A DNA stretch of 50,737 bases from Erysipelotrichaceae bacterium. GTDB taxonomy: Bacteria; Bacillota_I; Bacilli_A; RF39; UBA660. Under the pieces are notes generated by a model. It searched no databases and was not told the DNA's origin. It worked only from the letters and a program-made list of their open reading frames with translations. Where the stretch lies: positions 1-50,737 of the forward strand of contig JALEZJ010000103.1 of the NCBI GenBank assembly GCA_022772985.1, given 5' to 3'. Below, one piece after another: positions 1 to 11,128 of the stretch. The translations under genes were made by a program, and so were the position numbers. How positions within the stretch are numbered: the stretch's first letter is position 1; each line of letters opens with the position of its first letter.

Positions 1-732
1 TTTGATGGTACCCCGCTCTATTTCAATATTGGTAAGACAAGAATTATATTGGAATGTTCCTCCCATCTTGATAATTTTATCTCTCATATTCTTGACAACT
101 GTTCTTAATACATCTGTTCCTATGTGAGGATTATGAATATACATGATTTCAGGATCTGCTCCGCAAGTGATAAAAATTTCGAATACTTTTTTCATACGAT
201 AATCCTTATCTTTTACTAAGGTATTTAGCTTTCCATCTGAAAAAGTGCCTGCTCCGCCTTCTCCAAATTGAACATTAGAGTTTATATTTAATTTTCCAGT
301 ATTCCAAAAATTTTCTACGGTTTCTACTCTTTTTTCAACAGGTTCTCCTCTTTCTATAATTAAGGGGTGATAACCTAATTCTGCTAAGAGATAGGCACAA
401 AATAGTCCAGCTGGACCACTTCCAATAATAATGGGTCTAGTAAATAAATTTTTGTCTCCTATATTTGGTAAAATGTATTCTTCTTTTGGTGATAGAAAGA
501 TATCCTTATCTTTTGCCTTGTGTTTTAAAATAGATTGTTCATTATTCAGTTTGACATCTACTTCATAAATATAATAAAGATTAGGTTTTTGTCTAGCATC
601 TAAGGATTTTTTGGTAATTTTTACATCTTGAATATTCTGCTCTTTGGTATTTAACTTGGTAGCAATTTTATGTTTTAATTCTATTTCTGAATCTTTTTCA
701 ACTGGAATTTTAATCTGTCTTACTCTAATCAT
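1..732 (-). CDS. FAD-dependent oxidoreductase, N-terminal part; runs off the window edge
   Basis: Not in the ORF track. Manual translation from ATG at 732 gives MIRVRQIKIP...KKSLDARQK...RPIIIGSGPAGLFCAYLLAELGYHPLIIERG...NVQFGEGGAGTFSDGKL. The start overlaps the upstream gene's stop (ATGATTAG). Confidence 0.9.
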   Translation of the reverse strand, partial: MIRVRQIKIPVEKDSEIELKHKIATKLNTKEQNIQDVKITKKSLDARQKPNLYYIYEVDVKLNNEQSILKHKAKDKDIFLSPKEEYILPNIGDKNLFTRPIIIGSGPAGLFCAYLLAELGYHPLIIERGEPVEKRVETVENFWNTGKLNINSNVQFGEGGAGTFSDGKLNTLVKDKDYRMKKVFEIFITCGADPEIMYIHNPHIGTDVLRTVVKNMRDKIIKMGGTFQYNSCLTNIEIERGTIK

Positions 733-1963
733 GTTCTTCTCCTTTTTGGCTAGTTCCTGCTAAATAACCTGTTATCCAAGCAAAACTTAAATTATAACCA
801 CCACAATCTCCGTCGACATCTAGAAGTTCTCCAGTTAAATAAAGACCTTTTTCTTTAGTAGATTCCATGCTATATGGATTGATTTCTGATAAGGGGATAC
901 CTCCGGTACAAGTTTGGGCTTGTTCAAAGGAATTGGTCCCTGTAATATCAAGCATAAATTTTGTTAGATTCGTTCCTAATAAGTATTTTTCTTGCATAGA
1001 AAGATGATTCCAAGTAATATCTCTTTTTATTTTGGATAGTTTTAAAATTAAATTAATTAATTTATAATTCAAAATACCATCTAATAAGTTAGAGATAGTT
1101 CTTCCTACAACTATTTTGTTTCTTTTATTCATCCAAGTAATAAATTCTTCTTCCTTAGTAATTGAAAATGGATGTAAGAAATTAATTTGGATTTGTTCTT
1201 TTTTATGCTCTGATAATCCACGGGATACTCTACCACTTAAACAGAAGATGCAGATACCACTTACTCCATAGTCAGTTAATTGAATTTCTCCTATTTGAGA
1301 GTCGATTAAATGGTTGTTTTCTATTAAGGAAACTTTGACATCACTGCGGATTCCATGCCATTCTTTTAGGTAGGTTGCGTTTGCTTTTAATTGGACTAAG
1401 GCTGGAAGTGGTTCTATTATGGTATGCCCTAGATTTTTAGCGAATTTATATCCTATTCCATCGCTTCCAGTTTTAGGGCATGCCTTAGATCCTGTTGATA
1501 AAATTACTTTGTTTCCTATAAACTCCCCTTTAGTTGTAGTTATTTTAAAGTTATCTTTTTCTTTTTCGATATTTAAAACTTCTGTTTCTGTAATTATTTC
1601 TACTCCTTGTAGTTCTGCTTCTTTGATTAGGGCAGTTTGAATACTCGTTGCTTGGTTAGAATATGGATAATAGTATCCATCTTTTATTTTAGGGATGATT
1701 CCTAATTTATTAAAAAATGATAATATTTCTTCTTGATTCTTTTTGGTTATCATTTTTTCTAGGAGCTCAGGATTTTTCGTGTGATAGTGAGTTAAGAATT
1801 GATCAACATTCCAATAATTACATTTTCCATTTCCAGTAATTAAGATTTTTTTACCTGGATTTGCATTTTTTTCAATTAAGGTTACTTTTCTTCCAGATTT
1901 TGCTGCATAAATGGATGCTACTAATCCAGATGCTCCTCCTCCTATTACAATAATATCTTTCAT
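725..1963 (-). CDS. HI0933/YhiN/BaiN-family flavoprotein
   Basis: GGGASG Rossmann motif, GKKILITGNGKCN, TGSDGIGY, AQTCTGGI and GELLDVDGDCGGYNLSFAWITG. Confidence 0.92.
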   Translation of the reverse strand: MKDIIVIGGGASGLVASIYAAKSGRKVTLIEKNANPGKKILITGNGKCNYWNVDQFLTHYHTKNPELLEKMITKKNQEEILSFFNKLGIIPKIKDGYYYPYSNQATSIQTALIKEAELQGVEIITETEVLNIEKEKDNFKITTTKGEFIGNKVILSTGSKACPKTGSDGIGYKFAKNLGHTIIEPLPALVQLKANATYLKEWHGIRSDVKVSLIENNHLIDSQIGEIQLTDYGVSGICIFCLSGRVSRGLSEHKKEQIQINFLHPFSITKEEEFITWMNKRNKIVVGRTISNLLDGILNYKLINLILKLSKIKRDITWNHLSMQEKYLLGTNLTKFMLDITGTNSFEQAQTCTGGIPLSEINPYSMESTKEKGLYLTGELLDVDGDCGGYNLSFAWITGYLAGTSQKGEEHD

Positions 1964-2173
1964 ATATACACCTCTTCATACTCATTTATTATATCATTTT
2001 TTCTATTAAATATCTTCTTTTTATTATTTTAAAATACTTATTCAGTGATAACCTTGTATTATTCTTATACTCTGTATGAGATATTATATCTAATATAAAT
2101 AAGAAAAAATATGCTTACTTTAATTGGCATATTCTTATTTTTTTCTTGATAATACTTCTTTAATAGATTTTGT

Positions 2174-2620
2174 TAAGGTATTACTATAATATTTATCCAC
2201 CCTTCTTTTTGATTATTTGGATGAATTGTATTTTCAAATTTTATATCAATATCATTATGTGTTCTATAGTCATTACTTAGTAATTGTGAGTAAAAAATAC
2301 ATTGTTTATTTGTAATAACTGTAACACTTCTTACTCTCCTTTTTTTATTACAATATTGAAAGTATTCATAAGGATTTAATTATAGACTTCTTTTATCTAT
2401 TTCTTAGACATTTTTTAATCCTTTTGAAATTATTTTTTGATTTTAGTATATTATATTTTCTATTACTTACTGATTTATTCTTTTATTATTTTACTAGAAA
2501 TAGACACTTTATTTTATATTCTTTCCTGTTTCAGTATTTTTGATATCAAAAAAACTTACCTTCTCTTTTCAATTTAGAGCAGAGTTTTAGAAATTTATAC
2601 CTATGTGAAATTAAAATATA
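2174..2620 (-). pseudogene. Possible decayed coding remnant
   Basis: A start-less stretch of about 53 codons (VRSVTVITNKQCIFYSQLLSNDYRTHNDIDIKFENTIHPNNQKEGWINIIVIP) is preceded by short protein-like fragments broken by stops and an A7 run. No family recognised. Confidence 0.25.
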
Positions 2621-2662
2621 GTGATATTCTAGTGATTACTAATAAGGATATTCTCAAAATTT

Positions 2663-2690
2663 AAAAATCCACTACTGTGTGGAATTTTCT
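2663..2690 (-). terminator. Rho-independent terminator after the SUKH-like gene
   Basis: Minus strand AAAATTCCAC-ACAGTA-GTGGATTTTT immediately after the stop codon. Confidence 0.6.
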
Positions 2691-2691
2691 T

Positions 2692-2997
2692 TTATATGCA
2701 TTGTTTTAAAATATTTTCAATCGTTTTACTATTATAGATAATATTATCATCTATACTATACATTTTAAATTCATTTTTTAATAAGTCAAATACTAAAAAA
2801 TTATTATCCAAACAATCTATCAGAGGAATGATATCCTCTTTCATAATACCTAATTCTTCCTTATAATTAATAATTTCGCTTTCACTTAGTAATCTTTGTT
2901 CTCCATAAAATGTAGGTTCTATATCTATTTTTTTTAATAATTGTAACAATTCTTTATTATTGATGGTTTTGTATTTATTTAATAATAACTTGCTCAT
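2692..2997 (-). CDS. SMI1/KNR4 (SUKH)-like small protein
   Basis: RLLSESEI...IIPLIDCLDNNFLVFD resembles the SUKH core (hydrophobic-P-hydrophobic-x-D...N-aromatic-hydrophobic-D). RBS GGAG upstream. Confidence 0.5.
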   Translation of the reverse strand: MSKLLLNKYKTINNKELLQLLKKIDIEPTFYGEQRLLSESEIINYKEELGIMKEDIIPLIDCLDNNFLVFDLLKNEFKMYSIDDNIIYNSKTIENILKQCI

Positions 2998-3012
2998 AAC
3001 TTCTCCCTATCT

Positions 3013-3219
3013 TTATCTTAGTTTTCCCTTGGTTTTATCAGTAATTGGACCTTCTCTAACTTCTGTAATTGATACATAAGTATAATTTGGCTTTTCTAAC
3101 TTCTTTTTATCGCTTTCTTTAATGGGATCGGCTTTCATATATTTATATTGGGTATTTTTGTTAAGTGATGATTTTTCAGTATTTTTTATTTCATTTACTT
3201 CATTTATTCTAAATTTCAT
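3013..3219 (-). CDS. Hypothetical basic protein (68 aa)
   Basis: AAAGGA RBS, 15 bp upstream of the SUKH-like gene; no recognisable motif. Confidence 0.6.
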   Translation of the reverse strand: MKFRINEVNEIKNTEKSSLNKNTQYKYMKADPIKESDKKKLEKPNYTYVSITEVREGPITDKTKGKLR

Positions 3220-3401
3220 TTTCTCATCCTTTCTCTTTTCAATTTCTTTTATTTAAAAGTAACATAAAATTATGTTTATTTCAATTTTTTATCAGTCATT
3301 TTACACTGCTTTTTGATTTCAGTTAACTATATTACTAGAAATTTTTTAAATAAGAACTATTATTAAGAAGCAATTGCCCCAAAAGAAAAGAGTAACCTAA
3401 G

Positions 3402-6400
3402 TTACTCCATAAATTCTTCTTCTAGAACTTCTGATGGTTCTTCATCATAAAATTCTTTTTCTAGACTATAGCCAATATCCATATATTCTTTGGCGCCTGT
3501 TCCAGCAGGGATTAATTTTCCAATGATAACATTTTCTTTTAATCCATGTAATTTATCGGTTGCTCCTTTGACAGCAGCCTCTGTTAGTATTCTTGTTGTT
3601 TCTTGGAAGGATGCAGATGATAGGAAGGAATCTGTTTGTAATGCAGCTTTGGTAATACCAAGTAGAATTGGTTGTCCTATTGCTGGTTTCTTTCCTTGAA
3701 TGATGACATCTCTATTTCCATTTGTAAAGTCAGAGATAGATACTACTGTACTTGGTACAAAATTGGTATCTCCAGCGTCTTGGACTCTAATTAGAGAGAT
3801 CATTCTCTTAGCAATTAATTCTACGTGTTTATCATTAATATCAACACCTTGTGATCTATATACTTTTTGTACTTCTTTTAAGATGTATTGTTGGACTGTA
3901 TTTGGATCAGTTACTGCTAATAATTCTTTTGGAGAGACACTACCTTCTGTTAATTGGTCTCCTGCATTAATTTTATCTCCTTTTTCTACTTTAAGTTTTG
4001 CACCATACATTGTTAAGTGTTCTCTAACTTCTTTGTCATTCTTGACGTAGATCTTAAATCTACCATTGGCATCTTCAATTTTTTGAACGGTTCCATCGAT
4101 TTCAGAGATGGTTGCTTTTCCTTTTGGAATACGTGCTTCAAATAACTCTTCAACACGTGGAAGACCTTGAGTAATATCGGTTCCAGCTACTCCACCAGTG
4201 TGGAATGTTCTCATGGTTAACTGGGTTCCTGGTTCTCCAATTGATTGAGCTCCCATAATACCTACGGCTTCTCCAATTTCTACTAGATTTCCGGTTGCTA
4301 AGTTTCTACCATAACATTTTTGACAAACACCATGTGCAGTACGACATGTTAAGACGGTTCTGATTTCCACTGCCGTAATTCCGGCTTTGATAATCTTATC
4401 TGCAATATTTTCGGTAATATAAGTATCTTTTTCACAAATTACTTCTTTTGTTTCTGGATTTATTACTTTTTTGTTAGTAAATCTTCCTAAAATTCTATCA
4501 TAAAGTGGTTCAATAATGCCATCTTTATCGTCTGTAAATGCTGTTACTAGAGATCCTTGAGTAGTTTTACAATCACTTTCTCTTACAATCATATCTTGGG
4601 CTACATCTACTAAACGTCTAGTCATATATCCAGAGTCAGCTGTTTTTAAAGCTGTATCGGCACTACCTTTACGAGCACCGTGAGTAGATAAGAAGAATTC
4701 TGATACTGATAATCCATCATTGAATGATGATAGGATTGGAATTTCTACTGGGTCTCCGTTTGGTTTTGCCATGATACCACGCATACCAGCTAATTGAACA
4801 AAGTTAGAAATAGATCCACGAGCTTTAGAGTTCATCATGATGAAGATTGGATTATCTTCATATTCTTTGGATGCGGCATATTCACTTAATTCTGTTTCGA
4901 TATCTTTTTTGGCTTTGTTCCATACTTCTATTACAAGATCAAGTCTTTCTTTTTCAGTAATTAAACCTCTTTGGAATTGTTTGTTAATTTTCTTAACTTC
5001 TTTGTTACTTGCTTCTACTATTTTTTCTTTGTTTTTACTAGTTACAATATCAGAGTAGGCAATTGTAATTCCAGAGTAAGTGGAATATTTGAATCCTTGG
5101 TCTTTTAATTTGTCAAGGAAAATAGAAGTTTCGGTTGTTCTATAACGTTTGAACATTTGGGCGATAATTTTTTCAAGAGCACCTTTATTGAATGGTTTTG
5201 CTCTTTTCATATTTTTAATTTCTTCTTTAATATCTTTTCCATAATCAATAAAATATTTTGCTGGTGTTACCCCTTCAATATTTTCTGATGATGGTTCATT
5301 TAGATATGGGAAGGAATCTGGTAAGATTTCATTAAAGATAATTTTACCTGGTGTTGTTACTAAATATTTATTTTTATAAGTATCTAAGAATACTTTGTGT
5401 TTAAATGAGTTGACTGGAATAGCAATTCTAGTATGAAGGGTAATCTCTCTTCTTTGATATGCCATAAGAGCTTCATTGGTATTTTTGAAGATTCTTCCCT
5501 CTCCTTCTAATCCATCTTTTTCCATTGTAATATAATAGTTTCCTAAAATCATATCCTGTGATGGAGTTACGATAGGGGATCCATCTTTTGGACTTAAGAT
5601 GTTATTAGCACCTAACATTAAAATTCTTTCTTCGGCTTTGGCTTCTTCTGATAGAGGTACGTGAACAGCCATTTGGTCTCCATCGAAGTCAGCATTAAAT
5701 CCTGTTGTTACTAATGGATGCAAACGAATTGCTTTTCCTGAGATTAGTTTTGGTTCAAAGGCTTGAATACCAAGTCTGTGCAATGTTGGTGCACGGTTTA
5801 GCATTACTGGGTGCTCTTTGATTACTTCTTCTACAACATCCCATACTTTTTCATCTTTATTTTCAATCATTTTTTTAGCTGCTTTGATATTGTTAGCTAA
5901 TTCTTTTGCTACTAAGCCATTGATAACATGTGGTTTGAATAGTTCTAGAGCCATATCTTTTGGAATTCCACATTGATACATTTTTAAGTCTGGTCCTACT
6001 ACGATAACAGAACGACCTGAGTAATCAACACGTTTTCCAAGTAAGTTTTGACGGAAACGTCCTTGCTTTCCTTTTAGCATGCTAGATAATGATTTTAAAG
6101 CACGATTTCCTGCTCCTGTTACACTTCTACCACGACGTCCATTATCGAATAGGGCATCTACGGCTTCTTGTAACATACGTTTTTCATTTTGAATGATAAT
6201 AGATGGAGCTCCTAATTCAATTAGTTTCTTTAAACGATTGTTACGATTGATGACACGTCTATATAAATCATTTAAGTCAGATGTTGCAAAACGTCCACCA
6301 TCTAGTTGAATCATTGGGCGAAGTTCTGGTGGGATGACTGGTAAAGCTTCTAAAATCATCCATTCTGGTTTATTTCCTGAGGTTGCAAATGCATTTAGAA

Positions 6401-7034
6401 CGTCTAATCTTTTTACTAATCTGATTCTTCTTTGTCCTGTTGCATTTTCTAACTCTTTTTGTAATTCTTCTAGTTCTTTATTTACATCTACTTCACTTAA
6501 TAATTGTTTAATAGCAGCAGCACCCATACCTACTTTAAAGGTATTTCCGTATTTTTCATAATAAACACGATATTCTTTATCAGATAGGGTTTGTTTTTTT
6601 ACTAATGTAGTTGCTCCTGGATCTAGAACAACGTAAGATACAAAATAAATTACTTCTTCTAGATCTCTAGGAGACATATCTAGGCACAATCCAATATAAG
6701 ATGGTATTCCTTTTACGTACCAGATATGACTAACAGGAGTTGCAAGTTCAATATGCCCCATTCTTTCACGTCTAACTTTAGATTTTGTTACTTCTACACC
6801 ACAGCGATCGCAGACGATACCTTTATATCTTAGTCTTTTATATTTTCCACAGTTACATTCATAATCTCTGGTTGGTCCAAAGATTTTTTCACAAAATAAT
6901 CCGTCTCTTTCAGGTTTTAAAGTTCTGTAATTGATGGTTTCTGGTTTTTTAACTTCTCCATAAGACCAATCACGAATTGTTTCAGGAGAAGCAATTCCAA
7001 TTTTTAAAGCTTTAAAATTATTTGCTTCTACCAT
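3402..7034 (-). CDS. rpoC: RNA polymerase beta' subunit
   Basis: [10 protein letters not shown], Cys zinc finger (CNCGKYK...CDRCG), NADFDGD catalytic motif and [16 protein letters not shown]. Confidence 0.99.
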   Translation of the reverse strand: MVEANNFKALKIGIASPETIRDWSYGEVKKPETINYRTLKPERDGLFCEKIFGPTRDYECNCGKYKRLRYKGIVCDRCGVEVTKSKVRRERMGHIELATPVSHIWYVKGIPSYIGLCLDMSPRDLEEVIYFVSYVVLDPGATTLVKKQTLSDKEYRVYYEKYGNTFKVGMGAAAIKQLLSEVDVNKELEELQKELENATGQRRIRLVKRLDVLNAFATSGNKPEWMILEALPVIPPELRPMIQLDGGRFATSDLNDLYRRVINRNNRLKKLIELGAPSIIIQNEKRMLQEAVDALFDNGRRGRSVTGAGNRALKSLSSMLKGKQGRFRQNLLGKRVDYSGRSVIVVGPDLKMYQCGIPKDMALELFKPHVINGLVAKELANNIKAAKKMIENKDEKVWDVVEEVIKEHPVMLNRAPTLHRLGIQAFEPKLISGKAIRLHPLVTTGFNADFDGDQMAVHVPLSEEAKAEERILMLGANNILSPKDGSPIVTPSQDMILGNYYITMEKDGLEGEGRIFKNTNEALMAYQRREITLHTRIAIPVNSFKHKVFLDTYKNKYLVTTPGKIIFNEILPDSFPYLNEPSSENIEGVTPAKYFIDYGKDIKEEIKNMKRAKPFNKGALEKIIAQMFKRYRTTETSIFLDKLKDQGFKYSTYSGITIAYSDIVTSKNKEKIVEASNKEVKKINKQFQRGLITEKERLDLVIEVWNKAKKDIETELSEYAASKEYEDNPIFIMMNSKARGSISNFVQLAGMRGIMAKPNGDPVEIPILSSFNDGLSVSEFFLSTHGARKGSADTALKTADSGYMTRRLVDVAQDMIVRESDCKTTQGSLVTAFTDDKDGIIEPLYDRILGRFTNKKVINPETKEVICEKDTYITENIADKIIKAGITAVEIRTVLTCRTAHGVCQKCYGRNLATGNLVEIGEAVGIMGAQSIGEPGTQLTMRTFHTGGVAGTDITQGLPRVEELFEARIPKGKATISEIDGTVQKIEDANGRFKIYVKNDKEVREHLTMYGAKLKVEKGDKINAGDQLTEGSVSPKELLAVTDPNTVQQYILKEVQKVYRSQGVDINDKHVELIAKRMISLIRVQDAGDTNFVPSTVVSISDFTNGNRDVIIQGKKPAIGQPILLGITKAALQTDSFLSSASFQETTRILTEAAVKGATDKLHGLKENVIIGKLIPAGTGAKEYMDIGYSLEKEFYDEEPSEVLEEEFME

Positions 7035-10000
7035 TAGAACTCACCTCCTATTTCTTCGTCATCAAAATCTTCATCGATTTCTTCTAATTCTTCATACTCT
7101 TCTTCTGAAGTTTCATCATTTTCTAACTCTTCTTCTTCGATATCCTCATATTCATCTTCTAATTCATCTACATCATCCATAGCAGCTTTTATATTTGATG
7201 GAGTTTTATCATCAGATACTTCTTCTATTAATGGGGTATCATCCTCTTCTTCATCTTCTGTCATTTCTAATTCTTTAAATCCGACAACTTCATCATGATT
7301 ATTAATAACAGAAATATCTAAACCTAATGCTTGGAATTCTTTAATTAATACGCGGAAAGCTTCTGGAATTCCTGGACTTGGTAGTGGATTTCCTTTTACG
7401 ATAGATTCATATACTTTTACACGACCTACTACATCATCTGACTTATAAGTTAAGATTTCTTGTAGAACATGTGATGCTCCATATGCTTCTAGTGCCCAAA
7501 TTTCCATTTCTCCAAATCTTTGACCACCAAATTGAGCTTTTCCACCTAATGGTTGTTGTGTTACTAATGAGTATGGTCCAGTTGATCTTGCATGCAATTT
7601 ATCATCTACCATGTGATGTAATTTTACGAAATACATCACACCTACACTGATTCTGTGATCAAATGGTTCTCCAGTTCTTCCATCATATAGAACGGTTTTT
7701 CCATCTTCATCCATGCCAGCTTCTCTCATCATTGCTTTGACATCTTCGGTTGAAGCTCCGTCTAATACTGGAGTTGCTACATGAACACCTAGTTTTTTAC
7801 AAGCCATTCCCATATGTAATTCAAGTACTTGTCCAATATTCATACGAGATGGAACACCTTGTGGATTTAACATAATATCAATTGGTGTACCATCTGGTAA
7901 ATAAGGCATATCTTCTTCTGGTAAGATTAGGGAAATAACACCTTTGTTGCCATGACGTCCTGACATTTTATCACCAATTTGAATCTTACGTTTTTGAATG
8001 ATATAAACTCTTACTACTTTACTTACTCCACTAGGTAAATCTTCATTGTCTTCTTTCGTGTATACTTTTACATCATGAACAATTCCTTCTCCACCATGTG
8101 GTACTGTTAGAGAAGAATTACGGACTTCTCTTGTTTTTTCTCCAAAGATGGCATGTAATAATTTTTCTTCGCTTGTTAAGTCTGCCATTCCTTTTGGTGT
8201 TACTTTACCTACTAGAATGTCACCTTCTTTGACTTCAGTTCCAATTCTAATAATACCATTTTCGTCTAGGTTTTTACGAGCATCTTCACTAACGTTTGGA
8301 ATATCTCTCGTGATTTCTTCTGGTCCTAATTTGGTATCGCGACATTGGGTTTCATAATCTTCAATGTGTAGTGATGTATATACATCTTCTTTGACTAATC
8401 TTTCATTCATGATTACAGCGTCTTCGAAGTTATAACCATTAAATGTCATGAAGGCAATTGTCATGTTTTTACCTAAAGCTAGTTCTCCTTTATCTGTACT
8501 TGGTCCATCGGCAATAATTTGTCCACGTCTTACTTTATCTCCCGCTCTAACGATTGGTCTGTGGTTTGCTGTTTCGCCTTGGTTTGATCTTTCAAAAGTA
8601 GCAAGTTCATAAGTATCAGTTCCTTTGGCATTTTTTACAACAATTTTCTTTGCATCCACATAATCTACTATACCTTCTGCATGTGATACTACTACAGCTC
8701 CACTATCTCTTGCTGCTACATATTCTACACCAGTTCCAACATATGGTGCTTCTGTTGTTAATAGTGGTAATGCTTGACGTTGCATGTTTGCTCCCATTAG
8801 GGCACGAGTTGCATCATCGTGTTCTAGGAATGGGATTAAGCTTGTTGTAACTGATACTACTTGTTGTGGTGATACGTCAATATAATCTACTTGTTCTGCT
8901 GGAATGATAACATTTTCACCATTAAATCTACCAGCAACAGTTGCGTCAGTAATTTCCATATCATCATTTACGTTTACTGTTGCTTGTGAAATATAGTAAT
9001 CTTGTTCTTCATTCGCCGTTAAATATTCTACTTTATCTGTTAATTTTTTATTTTCTACTTTACGATATGGAGTTTGAATAAATCCATATTCATCAATTTT
9101 GGCATAGCTTGCTAGAGAAGTAATTAGTCCAATATTTTGTCCTTCTGGAGACTCGATTGGACAAATTCTTCCGTAGTGAGAAGCATTTACATCACGTACT
9201 TCCATTCCAGCTCTATCACGAGATAATCCGCCTGGTCCTAAGGCAGATAATCTTCTTTTGTGAGTAAGTTCTGCAATTGGGTTTACTTGATCCATAAATT
9301 GTGATAGTTGGCTTGAACCAAAAAATTCTTTGATTACAGCAGTTACTGGTCTAATGTTAATTAAAGTTTTAGGGGTAACTGTTTCAATGTCTTGAGTAGT
9401 CATTCTTTCTCTTACTACTCTTTCCATTCTAGATAGTCCAATTTTTAATTGATTTTGTAATAATTCTCCTACTTGTCTTACACGTCTATTTCCTAAATGA
9501 TCAATTTCATCATCATGTCCAATTCCATCAAGTAAATTTAAATAGTAAGAAATTGATGCATAAACATCGGAAATAGTTAGTGTTCTTATATCTAGAGTTT
9601 GATCATTTCCAATCAATTTAACTTTTTTTGTTGGATCTTTTGGTGAATAAACATATAATACTTGAACTGTTTTGTGATTATCTAATTCTTCATTTACTTT
9701 TACATCTTCATAGCCATAACCATTATCTAATAGTTCTTGTAATTTTGTATATACTTCTTTCGTTATTTTGGTACCATCTGTAAATATTGTTTCTCCATCT
9801 ACTACAATATCCTGAGCTAAGACATTATTTAAAAGCCTATCTGTAATATTTAATCTCTTATTAAATTTATAACGACCAACACGTGCTAAATCATAACGAA
9901 AGTTATCAAAGAATCTCGTAATCAATTGATTTTTTGATGAGTCTAACGTGGTTGGTTCTCCTGGTCTTAATTTCTCGTAAATTTCGATTAAGGCTTCATC

Positions 10001-10687
10001 GGTATTCTTAGTTGAATCTTTTTCAATTGTATTTTTTAAGTAAACGTTGTTATCAAATACTTCTAAAATATCTTCATCAGTAGAAAGTCCAAATGCTCTT
10101 AATAGAGTCGTAACAGGTACTTTTCTAGTTCTATCAATTCTAACATAGATAACATCTTTTGCATCTGTTTCATATTCTAGCCAAGTTCCACGTGTTGGTA
10201 TTACTTTGGCTGCAAATACCGGTTTTCCATTTTTGTCTAATTCTTTTGAGTAATATACACTTGGTGATCTTACTAATTGAGATACAATTACTCTTTCTGC
10301 TCCATTAATAATGAAGGTACCACTTTCTGTCATTAGTGGCATATCTCCTAAAAAGATTTCTTGTTCTTTTACTTCTCCTGTTTCATTGTTAAATAATCTT
10401 GTTTGTACTTTTAAAGGAGATGCATAGGTAATCTGTCTATCTTTACATTCCTTTAAGGAATATCTTGGTGTATCAAATTCGTATTCTCCGAATTCTAGTG
10501 ATAGACTACCTGAAAAACTTTCAATTGGGAATAAGTCTTCAAAAACTTCTTTGATCCCTGTTTTTACGAACCATTGATATGATTCTTTTTGAATTTGTAA
10601 TAAATTATCAAGTTCTAATGAATTTTTGATCATAGAAAAATTTCTTCTTTTTCTATAATCGCCACTTTGCTTTAATTTATAAGCCAT
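7034..10687 (-). CDS. rpoB: RNA polymerase beta subunit with a long acidic C-terminal tail
   Basis: SQLSQFMDQ...[25 protein letters not shown] and GQRFGEME. The stop overlaps the rpoC start (TAATG). Confidence 0.99.
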   Translation of the reverse strand: MAYKLKQSGDYRKRRNFSMIKNSLELDNLLQIQKESYQWFVKTGIKEVFEDLFPIESFSGSLSLEFGEYEFDTPRYSLKECKDRQITYASPLKVQTRLFNNETGEVKEQEIFLGDMPLMTESGTFIINGAERVIVSQLVRSPSVYYSKELDKNGKPVFAAKVIPTRGTWLEYETDAKDVIYVRIDRTRKVPVTTLLRAFGLSTDEDILEVFDNNVYLKNTIEKDSTKNTDEALIEIYEKLRPGEPTTLDSSKNQLITRFFDNFRYDLARVGRYKFNKRLNITDRLLNNVLAQDIVVDGETIFTDGTKITKEVYTKLQELLDNGYGYEDVKVNEELDNHKTVQVLYVYSPKDPTKKVKLIGNDQTLDIRTLTISDVYASISYYLNLLDGIGHDDEIDHLGNRRVRQVGELLQNQLKIGLSRMERVVRERMTTQDIETVTPKTLINIRPVTAVIKEFFGSSQLSQFMDQVNPIAELTHKRRLSALGPGGLSRDRAGMEVRDVNASHYGRICPIESPEGQNIGLITSLASYAKIDEYGFIQTPYRKVENKKLTDKVEYLTANEEQDYYISQATVNVNDDMEITDATVAGRFNGENVIIPAEQVDYIDVSPQQVVSVTTSLIPFLEHDDATRALMGANMQRQALPLLTTEAPYVGTGVEYVAARDSGAVVVSHAEGIVDYVDAKKIVVKNAKGTDTYELATFERSNQGETANHRPIVRAGDKVRRGQIIADGPSTDKGELALGKNMTIAFMTFNGYNFEDAVIMNERLVKEDVYTSLHIEDYETQCRDTKLGPEEITRDIPNVSEDARKNLDENGIIRIGTEVKEGDILVGKVTPKGMADLTSEEKLLHAIFGEKTREVRNSSLTVPHGGEGIVHDVKVYTKEDNEDLPSGVSKVVRVYIIQKRKIQIGDKMSGRHGNKGVISLILPEEDMPYLPDGTPIDIMLNPQGVPSRMNIGQVLELHMGMACKKLGVHVATPVLDGASTEDVKAMMREAGMDEDGKTVLYDGRTGEPFDHRISVGVMYFVKLHHMVDDKLHARSTGPYSLVTQQPLGGKAQFGGQRFGEMEIWALEAYGASHVLQEILTYKSDDVVGRVKVYESIVKGNPLPSPGIPEAFRVLIKEFQALGLDISVINNHDEVVGFKELEMTEDEEEDDTPLIEEVSDDKTPSNIKAAMDDVDELEDEYEDIEEEELENDETSEEEYEELEEIDEDFDDEEIGGEF

Positions 10688-10755
10688 TAAATTTCACCCC
10701 TATGCCTAGTTTTTTCGCTATTCCACGTCAAAAAGAGACGCGTTTCCAATATATA

Positions 10756-10784
10756 ATGTTAGCATCTCTTCTTTGAATTGTCAA
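10756..10784 (-). promoter_or_regulatory. sigmaA promoter of rpoBC
   Basis: TTGACA-17 bp-TAACAT with an extended TG. Confidence 0.7.
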
Positions 10785-10852
10785 TGAAAAAAGCTAATAA
10801 AAATTAACTTTTTCCCACAATTTTGTTGATAATTATTTTTCTCATTTATGAA

Positions 10853-11128
10853 TTAAATTTCTGTATCTTCTAAATCCTCTTTTAAAAGATTTAAAAATAA
10901 CTTTGATAATTCTTTTAGTCTATTTTCGTCCGTTTCTTCTTGGATCATTATTTTTTCTTCTTTTTTGATTGCTTCTACAATTTTAACATTTTCCATATCT
11001 GGATTTTCTTCTTTATCAATAGGTGCGATTAAATAATATTTTTTTCCGGAGTATTCTAACATTTTTAGAATTGTATATTCACTTTCATCTCCAAGTGTAA
11101 TAATATCATATAATTCTATTTCTTTCAT
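10853..11128 (-). CDS. DUF1292-like small acidic protein
   Basis: IITLGDESEYTILKMLEYSGKKYYLI...VKIVE...EETDE...ELSKLF pattern. ATGA overlap with the upstream gene. Confidence 0.65.
   Translation of the reverse strand: MKEIELYDIITLGDESEYTILKMLEYSGKKYYLIAPIDKEENPDMENVKIVEAIKKEEKIMIQEETDENRLKELSKLFLNLLKEDLEDTEI

Noticed and set aside
7034-10687. Mycoplasma-type recoding or intrinsic rifampicin resistance
   Set aside because: TGA acts as stop and the long ORFs are intact in code 11. The rifampicin region retains the sensitive-type D, H and S residues (MDQ...THKRRLS).
3402-10687. rpoB-rpoC fusion
   Set aside because: The genes are in different frames with a TAATG stop/start overlap and an AGGAGG RBS; this is ordinary translational coupling.
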